DNA from: Rozella allomycis CSF55
Taxonomy: Eukaryota
Length of the DNA stretch: 40,694 bases
Reading direction: 5' to 3'
Assembly: GCA_000442015.1 (NCBI GenBank)
Contig: KE560844.1
Span: 1-40,694, forward strand
The translations under genes were made by a program, and so were the position numbers. Positions 10,784-22,537 of the stretch are shown piece after piece. The notes under the pieces are model-generated. The model worked only from the letters and a program-made list of their open reading frames with translations, did no database searches and was not told the origin of the DNA. The first letter of the stretch is position 1; the number at the start of each line of letters is the position of its first letter.

Positions 10784-13530
10784 TTATTGTTTAAATGTCT
10801 TTATTACGCTTTGACCTCCTACGTATATTTGTTGCAAAGAATCCTATTATCTATAAAAGAATTTTAATTACAGATCCATGCTGCCGAAAAATGATAGGCC
10901 TAATGTGGATGTCCTGGTTAAAATAGTACAACCTTCCTTGGTTAATAAAGCGTCTTCTGATGTCAGAAGGCCTCAGATTCTTGATGGAAAACTTGATGTC
11001 TAAACCATTAAAAATCCCTGGTTTTGAATTTGATTTGCGATTAACCCGACCATTATATGTTTTTGTCTGATCTCGTTGTTGCTCATTTATTCTAAGAAGA
11101 GTGTCAAAGGGTTTAGGCCTTATCACTTTAATATTTTTATATCCCAAGCCTTTTCCTGATACCGAAAAGTTGAGATCTCCATCTCTTATTTTTGAGGTAT
11201 GCATGCCGCTAAGCTTGTTTATTCTTTGCTTATTCTTAAATTCATGTTTTTCTGTTTGGTCTTCAAATTTAAAGTTGAAATCAAAGTCGTGGTGATTAAT
11301 CTCATCAATCTAATATATTTGCATATCCATTTTTACTTGATACGAAACTTTTTTGGCCAATAGGTTCGCATAATTATTGGTACTATTTTGCATTCTTTTA
11401 ATGAAAAAAGGTTGGAGACCGGACTCGTTATTATTTAAGTGTGAGGCCAGTCTAATTGTCTGGGCTGGTGAGAAATGTAGTATTCGGCTTTTGTCAAGGT
11501 CCGATCTACCTGTACGTGGTATTTCAAACTCAAAATCACTGATTTCTAGGTTCTAGTTTTAAAAAAGCCTTACCGGGCTCAACGAAATCTTCCTCATTCA
11601 TTAAAACATAATCTTTTTGTGACTCTAGTCTTGATTTCGGCTTTATTCCATGTTTTTCAAGAAGTCCAGAGATAGGATATCCCTAGAAAGAAATGTTTTT
11701 GGGGTATACTTGAGATAATAAGTTTGAAATTTGAAGTGCTGTATCTTTCTTTGAAAGAACTTGAAGAATATCTTTGGCGTAGTACTTGTTCGCGCCTATT
11801 AGCCTAAGAACTTCTGATGGCTTAATGTTGTACTATACTGAGAAAATTTAAAGATTACAGTCTCCATATTTCGTATAACGTTGGCTTTATCCAGTTCTTC
11901 TTGGTCCCCAATTATCCCATATGTAGCCAAAGGAGATACTGTGCCTTGAGCGATGTGCCGTTTTAATTCATCTATCTTCACGACTATTAATGTTTTAAAC
12001 ACAAAAGAACTTACTCCTTTTTCTTGGTGACAAGGGTTGCGACGAGAAACTTTGATCAATTAAAGCTGATGAATTTCGAATATCTTCATCATTTCTCTTT
12101 TTGGACTATTTTTAAAGGCTATTGCGTCTTACTCTTTTCAGATTGAATTCATTTTCCTCCAAATCAAGTGCCCCCGTTAAGTTGTAAAATTTCTTTGAGG
12201 CATCTGCTACATTTCCATATGTGGTAATTTCAAATACCTGTTAAAACAAATTGATTTCAATACCATGAGTCTATTAGACGATATGCAGTAGAGGTACATA
12301 TACGGCGTTAGTAAAAGTTTTGTTACAGGCGATGGCACATTTATTTGAAAAATTAACTGCCCTTTTCCAATATCCCAAAATCTACAGGTACAATCTGCGC
12401 TGGAACTGACAAGTAGACTATTTAATAGTATTACTACAGCATACTCTGAATTTATGGTAAACTGAAGGCCAATAACAGGCCCTTCATGGAAAAAAGTATA
12501 TATAAGATCTGCATGATAATTTTGGGGAAAAGTGGTTTCACCTATATATACTTCAGGTTATGCCACATTGAACTCCTCTCTAGTGATGTTTATATATCTA
12601 TGTGCGTTGTTTGACATTTCTGCTTGCTAGTTTTGACGTATTAGTAATATTACTTCCCTGCTACGCTTTATTTCATCAAGAGATTTAGAATACGAAACTG
12701 TGTTCCAAACCTTGCATTGTCCATTGAAATCACCCGTAGCCATTAAAATATTGTGTGATGAAAATGCTATACTACATATGCTGCTTGAATGACAAGATAA
12801 AGTGGTATTTGATTCAATATTTCTACTTATATTTGTAGGAGATATAGTATGTAGTTCAATGCCCTCCTTCCAATTCCAGGTGTGAATGGAACCATCGTCA
12901 CAACCACATGAAATTACATTGAAATTTTCATAGCATATATTAAAGGCACCAATACTAGAGCTATGCCTTAAAAATGAGTGAATGATATCGCCAGAATCCC
13001 AATCCCAAATTAGGATTTTTCCATCAATAGAACTAGAAAATAAGAATCTATCATCATCAGAGAACATGAGAGATAAAACCGGGCCAAGATGACCTGAAAG
13101 TTTTCCACTACTAGTTTCATTGTGTCTTTTACCGAAACCCTTTTTGACTTTCAAAATGCCACAAAATAATTTTCGAATCATTTGAACCAGTAGCTAAAAT
13201 ATCTCCATTGTTTGAAAATTTTATGTCTCTTATAATATCCTTATGAAAAAATGACCCGCTCTTTCCTAAATCACATGTTTTTTGATAAGTTTCTAAATTC
13301 CAAAGAGAAATCCAAGTTTCTGTGGCAAGTGCAAGCCTGTGTAGGTCATAAAAGATATCAAAAGTGAATATTTCAAACTCAGTGGCCAAACAATCATTCA
13401 GAGTGCATGAAATTGGTCTTCGCCCCGGTATCTTTTCTTGATGTCCAATAGAATTATCTATTAGTATAACTTAATATAAAATACCTGTAATTATTATTCA
13501 AATAGTTCTACCCCATAATTTCCAAGGCAT
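10784..13530 (-). CDS. WD40-repeat protein with long uncharacterised C-terminal region; contains an unresolved in-frame TAA at 12558-12560
   Basis: WD repeats (HKDIIRDIKFSNNGDILATGSNDSKIILW, GHLGPVLSLMFSDDDRFLFSSSIDGKILIW, HEGPVIGLQFTINSDLLVSSSADCTCRFW) joined by about 10 short introns; the start codon is inferred. Confidence 0.7.
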
Positions 13531-13562
13531 TTATCCAGTATGAAATATAAACAAAACATACA

Positions 13563-16338
13563 ATGAACGTAAGCAATTCGAATGCTAATTCTAATGCTAA
13601 TGCTGATGCAGCACTTCTTCATAGACTTTTTAAAGAAAACAATGATTTAAGAATCAAAATTCATAACTTTCAACGAGAAGTAAAAGACAAATTTCATATT
13701 TAATATTGCTCTTCAATAAAACAGTTCAATTAGAAAATTTAGAGGATGAATTTAGGATTCTAAAAAAGAGTTATGATGAAAAATCTAACGGAAAACAAAG
13801 CAGTCGAGTAAATAGGACGTTTATGAAATGACTAGCCATCAACAGGACAACAACATAGAATTATTCGCCAGACCTCAAATATGCTTCAGTCAAACAGCGT
13901 ATAAAGGCTAAAAATTACTAACAAGGACATAACAGACAGGCCTAGTAGCGGTCCATCTAGTGAGTCAAATTCAATACAAAAAAAGAATGCTGAAATTTTA
14001 AAACTAACGCAAGAAATAGATATATTGAAAGATGCTAATGAGCAAATGGAAACAACAATCGGTAAAACATTCAGGGATATTATAAAAGAACAACTTCAAG
14101 TCGCCGTGAAAGAATTGGAAAAGGTCAATCTAGATCTTAAAGAACAGGCAATCCAAAGGGAGGATTCTCCCGAAGAAGAAAGTAATTTTTATATATAAAA
14201 AATTTAGGGGTTAAACGAGATGGTGCAAATAATACCCAAAAGTTACTTGATGAAATGAATGATTTAAGAAAAAAGAATAAAGAGAACGAAGAATTCGTGG
14301 AACATCTTAAAGCCCAATTTAAAATTCAGATGGCAGAAAATAACAAAAAGAATAATGATCTTCAGAATCAATTGCAGGGAATAGAGTCTGTATGTCTGAT
14401 TTCATTTTTTTACAACTAGTTAGTAGAAGGGATAAAAAGGGAGTATGATGAATTTCTTGAGGTTACAAAACTTGAAAATGAAGCTCAAAGATCGTTACAA
14501 ACGCAAGAATATGAAAGATTGAAACACGATTACGACATTATAAAGTCAAATTCGTTGAATGAAAAGCGCAAAATCCTGGCTGAATTTCAGAATTTGTTAT
14601 ACACTCTGCAGTCAAATTTTGAAGAGTACAAATCTGCAAGTGAATTCATATTTAATCTGGAGATAACAAAGCTTGAAGAGGAATTAGTAAGCCAAGCATT
14701 ACGATTTGAACAAGAAATGATGTAAATGATATATAAAATGGTAATTTAGTTATCTTGTTCAAGCAAAAGATAAGTTTTACACTGAAATGATGATCGCAAA
14801 AGATGCAAAAATCATGAATTTGGTAGAGGGGTCGGATATGCAATCATTAATTCAGAAACATGAAGTTGACTTGGAAAATCTTCGTAGAGATCATGCGCGT
14901 GAAATGGCAAGAATAAGAGATGAGCGAGAATCAGAGCAAAAAAATCTTGTGGCAAATTTAACGAAAAATAATGCTTCATTGGAGGCTAAATGTGATAAGC
15001 TCCAATCTCAAGTCAAGTCATTGGAGCAAAAAATTCGAGAGTTGGTGAATACCATCGAGGGAAAAAATCGTACTATACACGAAAAGGAAGAATCCAAAAA
15101 GCGGTCTGAAGAAGAATATCAAATAAAGTTGGACATAGCTAATCAAAAGATAGAAACATTGGCTCAGGAAAAAGAACATTTGAGACATAAAATCATAAGA
15201 ATGAGCATGGACGCTAAAGGTGAGGGTGAAAATAACATGGAAAATATGCTCAAAAGAATTACCAGAGTATTTATATCATTCATGAATTATAAGGAAACAT
15301 CTGATTTATATATTCAATATGAAAAAATAATGAAAGAGAATAAAAATGTAGAAGAATTGTGTGCAACCCTAACTAAAAAGCTCAAGGAAAGAGACAGATA
15401 TATAACTTTTCTTGAGCGTGAAGTGCAAAGAAGGAATGACGAAATGTCAAACTTAGTATTTTAATTCTGCGTTGAAAGATAGTCTCAAACTTTTGAACGG
15501 TTTTTACTTTCACGCACTCAACAAAAACGACTGGAATCAAAGTTAAAAGAAGCAAAGAAATCTAAGGATCCCAAAACTGAAAACGAGAAAAATAATACAT
15601 TGTATAACTTAAATATTATTTGAATCAAGGCCTGAACTAAAATTACATTTAGATGCTAACCCGAAACAAGAAGAAATTCCTGTCAGGGTACAAGCTAAAC
15701 TAAAGTTTCAACCACCTAAAGACATCGTAAAATTTTATGGTGGCATTAATCAGAGAAAGCTAAGCGAAGGTACTAAAATAGAAAAACGTACGTTAAGTGT
15801 CGAATTGGAGCAAGGATTCGCGTAACATATATTCATAATTATATTGCAAAGATATCTGAAAAGGTTTAACGCTATTTCTAAAGCCTTAAACACCACCAAT
15901 TTCAAGAGATATGCAATATTGTCTAGCATAGATCCTGAAAATGAGGTATCTGAATCAAAAGTACAAAACCTTTGCCAATTAAATTGAGAAAAAGAACTTC
16001 AATATACTTAATGTCATTGAAGAAAAGAGAAAGAACGGAGAAGAAGTCAAAATTTATGCTGAAAGTGATAACCAATTGGGAGTCCAAGAAATGTCGTCAA
16101 CACTGACTAAATCATTAACAGCCATGATCCATGACCCAGAAAAACATTCTAATTTAGATATCATGCGAGTAAGGTCTATCTACTAATGTAAAAGCCTCTA
16201 CAACATGGAAAAGTGTACACTCCAAAACATATTGTTTCTCCTTTATTACATCCAATGAACCACCAATCCAAGACGCCAGAGACTTTCTTAACTTTGAAAG
16301 GAAATAAAGTCACCTTACCCAATGAAAATCTCAAATAA
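13563..16338 (+). CDS. Long coiled-coil protein of unknown function
   Basis: Continuous E/K/L-rich heptad-like reading after removing about 12 introns of 26-30 nt, the first being GT-TG. Confidence 0.75.
13680..13708 (+). other. Predicted non-canonical GT-TG intron (29 nt)
   Basis: gtaaaagacaaatttcatatttaatattg; joins NFQRE|LFNKTVQLENLEDEF. The unspliced reading stops at TAA, the nearby AGs at 13724 and 13733 give stops, and the first in-frame AG is 65 nt away. Confidence 0.65.
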
Positions 16339-17137
16339 ATGCATCTTTGTATTTTTTATCTTATATCTAATATTTTAGGAACAATCCCATTATTTACCAC
16401 GATTGAATGATGTAAGTAATAAATGGACACCTAAATCTCCGTATCCAAGTATGAGACGATTCTTAAAGCACATGTCAAGATGCGTCATTAATTTTATAAT
16501 ATGGCCATATAGTAAAATAAAGTCTTTTCTTTCTTCAAACACCAAATCACACAGCGTTCAAAGCTCCAGAATAAAAAGCATAGAGTATTTACCGGTACAA
16601 AATATGTCAACAAAAAATTAGGATTACCAGAACGTGAAAGATGAAAAACCGCCCGCTTATCGTGAGACTGTTATGGAATCCTTAGCAGACGTAGGTTTAG
16701 TGACTATAGGTAGTTCAATTTCCAATATTTGAGCTAGATGACTTACCTGTAGGACCAGTACACGAATTTGTCCTTGCATTTGCCGGTAATTTGATGGTAA
16801 AATTTAGAAAGGGAGTATACTAATTCCTATTGTTTCGATCATTGTTATAAGGGTGCTTAACAGATCTCACGCCATGAATTTAGGCTCTATATCAGCCTTG
16901 GGAACGTTTCTTATGATTGTTTCCACATTCCAAGACTCATTAATGGAATACTTTCTGCAATTAGAATCCTATCAAGACATCATGGTTTTAAGAAGAAATT
17001 TGCGGTTAATCAAACTTGTTTTCTTTTTTATATCATTTATGGGATATATTATGACTGTCTATGGTTTTTATACGTATAGACACGCCAGACTGTATGCCAA
17101 GCAATTGGCACAAAACGCATGCGACTATGCAGCTTAG
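16322..17137 (+). CDS. Bsd2/NDFIP-like NEDD4/Rsp5 adaptor membrane protein (start uncertain)
   Basis: Spliced product has LPDY and PPAY (PY motifs), IDDLPVG, LNRSHAMNLGSISALG and three hydrophobic segments, matching the Bsd2/NDFIP layout. Confidence 0.72.
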
Positions 17138-17172
17138 TTAAAAATCAGAAAATAAATAAAATAATTTATATT

Positions 17173-17598
17173 TTAATACTCAGGTTTGAATTGGAACAAT
17201 TTAGCGTTGACCTTTTTCTTATCCTTATTGCCGGTAAGTTCTCTTATCAATCGACGACTCCATTTGGGTCTGAAAAAAGGCATCAATTTTGGCCTTTTAG
17301 GCTTTCTTTTTTTCATGAGTCCTTGAGCAACCTTTGTTTTATATTCTTGAATTCGTTTCCTTCTACTCTGACACAATTTTCACAACAGTATTACTCGAAG
17401 ATATTGGGACCAATAATACGATTTACTTTTTCCTTTTCTTGGTAAAAAGTGTAGTTTCCTCATTTGAATTTGTGGGAATTCAATATTTCTACCTGAATTG
17501 GTGTAGCAAGAGTTAGATATTGAGAAAACAACGGGCCTTTCAGTAAAAAACGATCTTACAAATCCCCCAATCCGAGTTAGGGCTACTTTTCTAAACAT
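17173..17598 (-). CDS. Small highly basic protein with mitochondrial presequence-like N-terminus (possibly mitoribosomal)
   Basis: MFRKVALTRIGGFVRSFF..., one 27-nt GT-AG intron, K/R-rich second exon; no family recognised. Confidence 0.55.
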
Positions 17599-17656
17599 GG
17601 ACATTTTCTGTAATCAGCAATATATCAGTGTCCGAATTTTCTCAATTTCTTACCGG

Positions 17657-17929
17657 ATGGCTGATTCCAAATTGAATACCAATAAGGCTCGATTCAAGCC
17701 ATTAAATAAAGAACAGAGAGATAAATGCTATGAAGCCAAAGACCTATATTTTAAATACTGCAATAGTTATGAAAAAGAAGATTCTGATGATTGTATCAAA
17801 TTAAATGAGCATTTCGCTCAGTCATGTCCAGAATCATGGGTAGTTCATTTTAAAGAGTTAAGAATGAGAGAAGTAGAGTACCAAAAACGATATGATGAAT
17901 ATAAGAAGCAAGGATATAATGTTGAATAA
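17657..17929 (+). CDS. COA6: Cytochrome c oxidase assembly factor 6-like
   Basis: KEQRDKCYEAKDLYFKYC...CIKLNEHFAQSCPESWVVHF (COX6B/COA6 fold, CPxSWVxHF). Confidence 0.8.
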   Translation: MADSKLNTNKARFKPLNKEQRDKCYEAKDLYFKYCNSYEKEDSDDCIKLNEHFAQSCPESWVVHFKELRMREVEYQKRYDEYKKQGYNVE

Positions 17930-17937
17930 ACGTAAAT

Positions 17938-19721
17938 TTATTGGACATCATCAGGCCCAATCATTTTCTCGGGCCTTACATAACGGTCAAACTCTTCAGA
18001 AGTCAGTAGCTTTAAGCTAAGTACAGCCTCTTTCAACGTTGTTCCTTCTTTATGAGCTTTCTTTGCTGCTTTCGCGGCGTCTAAGTTGATGAAAAAGTGG
18101 AATACTACTGTCATATCCAATATAGGGGTTTAATGATGTAACTAACATTAAAGACTCCTTCATGATTGTATTTATTCTTTCTTCATTAGCCTTGATCCCT
18201 ATGACACAATTTTTTCTAAATGATTCACATGCGTCTGTTAATAGTCTGGCAGATTGTAGAAAATTCTTTATTATTACAGGCTTAAAAACATTTAGCTATA
18301 AATTTTTAAAGTTATTATTACTTCAAAGTGACCGTTAGAACCGCTTATTGAAATAGCGGCATTGTTCCCCATAACCTGCGCACAGACCATAGTCATCGCT
18401 TCGCATTGAGTTGGATTAACCTTTAAGATTGATCATGCATTTTTACCTTTCCTGGCATTATTGATGATCCGGGTTCATTTTCAGGCAATAGTAGTTCTCC
18501 AAGACCACATCTTGGTCCTGATCCCAAAAGCCTTATATCATTAGCTATTTTCATCAAAGAAACAGCACAAGTATTAAGCGCTCCATGAGCATGGACTAGA
18601 GCGTCATGGGCAGCGAGTGCTTCAAACTCTAAAATTAGTGAAACGTATATACTTTATTAGCTGCTGGCTTAAACGGCAGTTTAGTTATTTTTCCTATTTC
18701 ATTTGCTATCTCTTCATCAAATCCTTTAAATGTATTAAGTCCCAATTATATTAACATTTTGCACAAAATTACTGTTCCAACAGCAGTGCCACCTTGGGCA
18801 AGTTCCAATAATGCCGGATATACTTGCTCAATTCTATGTATTGACATCTCTAACTGTCTAACGTATCCGCTAAATTCTTGTCCAAGAGTAAGCGGTGTGG
18901 CATCTTGAAGGTGCGTTCTCCCGATTTTTATAATTGAACCGAATCTCTTTACACAATCTTCAAATGCTAATTTCAATTTTTTTAACGAAGGTAATAATTC
19001 ATTATGCAAACTTAAAGCTCCAGCTACGTGCATGACAGTAGGAAATCTGACCTACTAATTGTTATTGTTGATTTACGTATCATTTGATGACTGTGATCGA
19101 TTAACGTGGTCATTTGGGTGTACTGGCTTCTTGCTTCCCAATTCTCCTCCCAAAATTTCAATAGCCCTATTTGAAATAACTTCATTGGCATTCATATTTG
19201 ATTGGGTGCCTGATCCAGTTTGCCAAACAACAAGTGGGAAGTGATCCATTAGTTTTCCTTGGTAAACCTCTTCGGAGGCTTCAATAATCGATTTTCCAAT
19301 ACTTTCATTCAAACCATGATTCATATTAACAATTGCTGCTGCCTTCTTTACAATTCCAAAGGCTCTTATTAATTCTTCCGGCATTCTCTCATTTGGTCCT
19401 CCAATGTCAAAATTTTGGAGACTTCTAAAATTATCTGTATAAGCAAATATGACCTTTGTGTTTGAGCGCCCCAATATTTATCACTTGGCACTTGAATTTC
19501 ACCAAAAGTATCCCTTTCAATCCTAAATGTTGCCTAGTATTAATAACTATTTGATATATACGTAATAACGATGAATAAGACTTATATTGAACTTCGCCCA
19601 TTGTAAATGCTAAGATTAACATCAATATGGGACAACGAGAAGAAATATTGGATTGAAAATCGTTATTATTTAGAATACCTACCTTTGCCTTTGACAACGT
19701 ATGTTGCAGATTCGAGTACAT
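17938..19721 (-). CDS. FUM1: Fumarate hydratase class II, mitochondrial
   Basis: [82 protein letters not shown]; 9 introns including a 73-nt one and a GT-TG one. Confidence 0.97.
18743..18772 (-). other. Predicted non-canonical GT-TG intron (30 nt) in fumarase
   Basis: gtaattttgtgcaaaatgttaatataattg separates GGTAVGT from GLNTFKGF; it contains an in-frame TAA and no AG dinucleotide. Confidence 0.9.
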
Positions 19722-20012
19722 TGGTGGCTTATTCCCAAACAAAATTTGATTAATTCGATAATTCAAATTAGATCAATTTAAGAAGTAATTATATTCTAAT
19801 TATTTAATTTTAGTCCTTAAATATCTATAACTCTGCCCTACATCACTTAACGATTGTAAAGCAACGTTAAATAAGCGACCAAGCTAAGGTAGGCTCTATC
19901 TCATTTTTGGGATTTTACAACGAGAGGATAATTTATGTGTTATCTTGACGACCCCTATTTAAATGACATAATTAGAAATTAAGCCCCCGACAACCATTTT
20001 TTGTTTGTGGAG

Positions 20013-20420
20013 ATGGATTCCGTTGATTCAGATAAAGTAGAACAAGTCAAATCATTTGAATTTATGCCTTATCCTCCTTACCAATATCATCTTGATATGA
20101 TGCGAAGCTCAACTCCGAAAATTTTCAGATTTCCAAAAGAACATTCTCATGAAACTGATATAGAATCATGGATGCTTTATCAAGCCCTTAACAATAGGCA
20201 ACAATTTTTTGAAGTGGAAACTCCAGACGAACAACCAATAATTAACTTAAGATCAAATTCAGATTCAACATATACTTCGGGGTTTAAGAAACGAGAACGA
20301 GAAAGAATAAAGAAAAATAATAGAAAAATAGATAAAGAAGAAGATCTTGTTCCCTTAAAACCGGAAAAAATAACATCTCTGGTGTTAAATGCATGCCCTT
20401 TGGTGGGTCCAAATGAATAA
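20013..20420 (+). CDS. Hypothetical protein
   Basis: Uninterrupted ORF with plausible composition filling the gap between genes; no motif recognised, start uncertain. Confidence 0.5.
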   Translation: MDSVDSDKVEQVKSFEFMPYPPYQYHLDMMRSSTPKIFRFPKEHSHETDIESWMLYQALNNRQQFFEVETPDEQPIINLRSNSDSTYTSGFKKRERERIKKNNRKIDKEEDLVPLKPEKITSLVLNACPLVGPNE

Positions 20421-20441
20421 AATGGCTTTATTAAAGACCTT

Positions 20442-22483
20442 TTACAGTGGTATTTGTTGCAAGAAACCGTCGCTTGTTCCGCACACTATGTATTGTTCAT
20501 TCTCCGAAAATGATACGGTTAAAATGCCGGAGTTGAAAATTCTCAACTGCCTAATTCTCTCACCGCTTTTCGTTCTAAAAATAGATATTGTGTTATCATA
20601 TGACCCCGCAGCAAATAATTGACCGTCACCTGAAAAGCACACAGTACAAGCCCAACTAGGTGCCATTGTAATGCAATGGATCTCTGAGCCATTGACATAG
20701 TCGAACAATCTAATAGTCATGTCCCTTGATGTAGTAAGTAATAAGTTCGGTTTTTGCATAACTACACATAATACTGAATCGTGATGCACATCAATACATC
20801 TGGTGTAGGTCATGTTTTTGCTATGGAGAACTTGTCGCATATCCCAAATATAAACTTTCTAAATTTAAATCAAATTGATTGATTTACATGGTCTAAACTT
20901 GCAGTGGCAACATGGGTTCCATCTGGACTGAAACGAATAGATTTTATCCATTTGGTATGTTTCTTCACAATAGCAACGCAGACACCATTAACCAAATCAT
21001 AAATTCTCGCTGTATTATCCATAGAAGAAGTTGCAAGATATCGTTGATCAGGAGATATGTCACAGCTAGTTATCCCATCGGAATGACCGGTGAAAGTTCT
21101 TTCGCAGACAGCTGTTTGAACATTCCAGATTTTAATAGTTCGATCAAAAGAAACTGAGATAATATGCAAATCTTTTTTAGTAACTTTAAGATCTGTAACA
21201 ATTGACCGATGACCTACATATTGTGCATGGCAAGACAAAGTATTAATGTCGAAAATCCTAATTATGCCATCATATCCACCAGTTATCCAAAATGAAGAGT
21301 TTAAACTCGAAACCTGCATACACTTTAGGCCTCGTCTATGAGCTAAAACCCCGACAGGAAATAGAAATATATCAATGCTAGATAAAACCTTAGAAATATA
21401 CTGCAGCTTCAAATATACTTTTGGTATTTTCCTATGACCTACGGTAGGTTTCTTATTCATTGGCATATCTGAGATTTCTCCTTTGCCTGAATTGCTGTTA
21501 ATGCTGAATGTACTCTCTCTTATCATGACGCTGTCTCGCAGTCTAAGAGTAGATTTTGAGCTGTTGCTAGAAGCCTCAAATAGAGCGGAATATCTTTGGA
21601 TCCACCACCTAAATATGTTTATGTCGCGTAACTCGGTCGAAGTAATGGGATCTTCATAAAAATCTTTGGCCAGTACATCAGCTAAAATTCTAAAGGTTTT
21701 CGATATTAAATCTGACGCGACTTCGGAGAGCTTTACAAGAATTTTGGTGAAACTTTCTAAATCTTTTAGTCCTTCACTTAACCCAAGAGAGACTATGGAA
21801 CAAGTTATCCTCAAGAAAGTATAATCAATGATAGAATCTATGAAAGTGTAAATTTGGTCAGGACTATAGGGGCCTTGCAAGTCTTCAAGAAACTCGTCAA
21901 TAAAGTTGGATGACGGCGGTTGTATCTTCTCCTCTGATGCAATAGCCTCTACCAAGTCTATAGAGTTACCCTTAGATGAAAGCTCTTCAGTGTCTGTTTC
22001 TTCAGTAATTGTCTTTATCGAATTTATACTCTCCATCGGTGGAATGTTTTCCGTAGGTTGATCATCATCAATTTTCAAATTCAATGATCGTTCTTCCAGT
22101 TCAGCATTCCATTTTTTTAAAACATCTTGATAGCCTTCAGCAAGTCTTTCAAATGCTCTAATCAATTTTTCTGCCTCTTGTTTCTCCGCCTCGTCATCTA
22201 GAGTAAAGCTGCGTGGTTCCCTTTGAATTTCAATATTTGACTCTTTTTCGTCAAAATCTTCTATTGCAACATTCCATCCATATATCCAATCACATAAGAA
22301 TTGATGTGTTGATCTAAATTCGCCAGCATCGACATCCCGAATGTTGAAATACTTGTTTGCTGAATTCCCTAATTTTCTTGTTAATGGGGGCGAGAGAATT
22401 TTAGACAGGTGATTCAGATACGGGATTTTTAAATTTTGACCCAGTCTACTCAAGTCATCGTATATTTTAAATGTGTCGTCCAT
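20442..22483 (-). CDS. WD40-repeat protein with acidic/helical N-terminal region
   Basis: GHRSIVTDL..SVSFDRTIKIWN, GHSDGITSCDISPD..TSSMDNTARIYD, KHTKWIKSIRFSPDG..TASLDH|KVYIWD; one 29-nt intron and a probable in-frame 30-nt intron at 21389-21418. Confidence 0.85.
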
Positions 22484-22537
22484 TATAGCTAAAGTATAAA
22501 TATTGAAATATAATAACAATAAAATAAATCGAATCGT

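Noticed and set aside
12558-12560. Genome-wide stop-codon reassignment (TAA/TAG = Gln)
   Set aside because: ATP3, ACY1, RCL1, RPS29 and FUM1 end at TAA exactly where their families end; almost all other apparent internal stops fall in introns.
19610-19682. Intronic snoRNA in the long fumarase intron
   Set aside because: No box C (RUGAUGA) with box D (CUGA) pair and no terminal ACA box visible.
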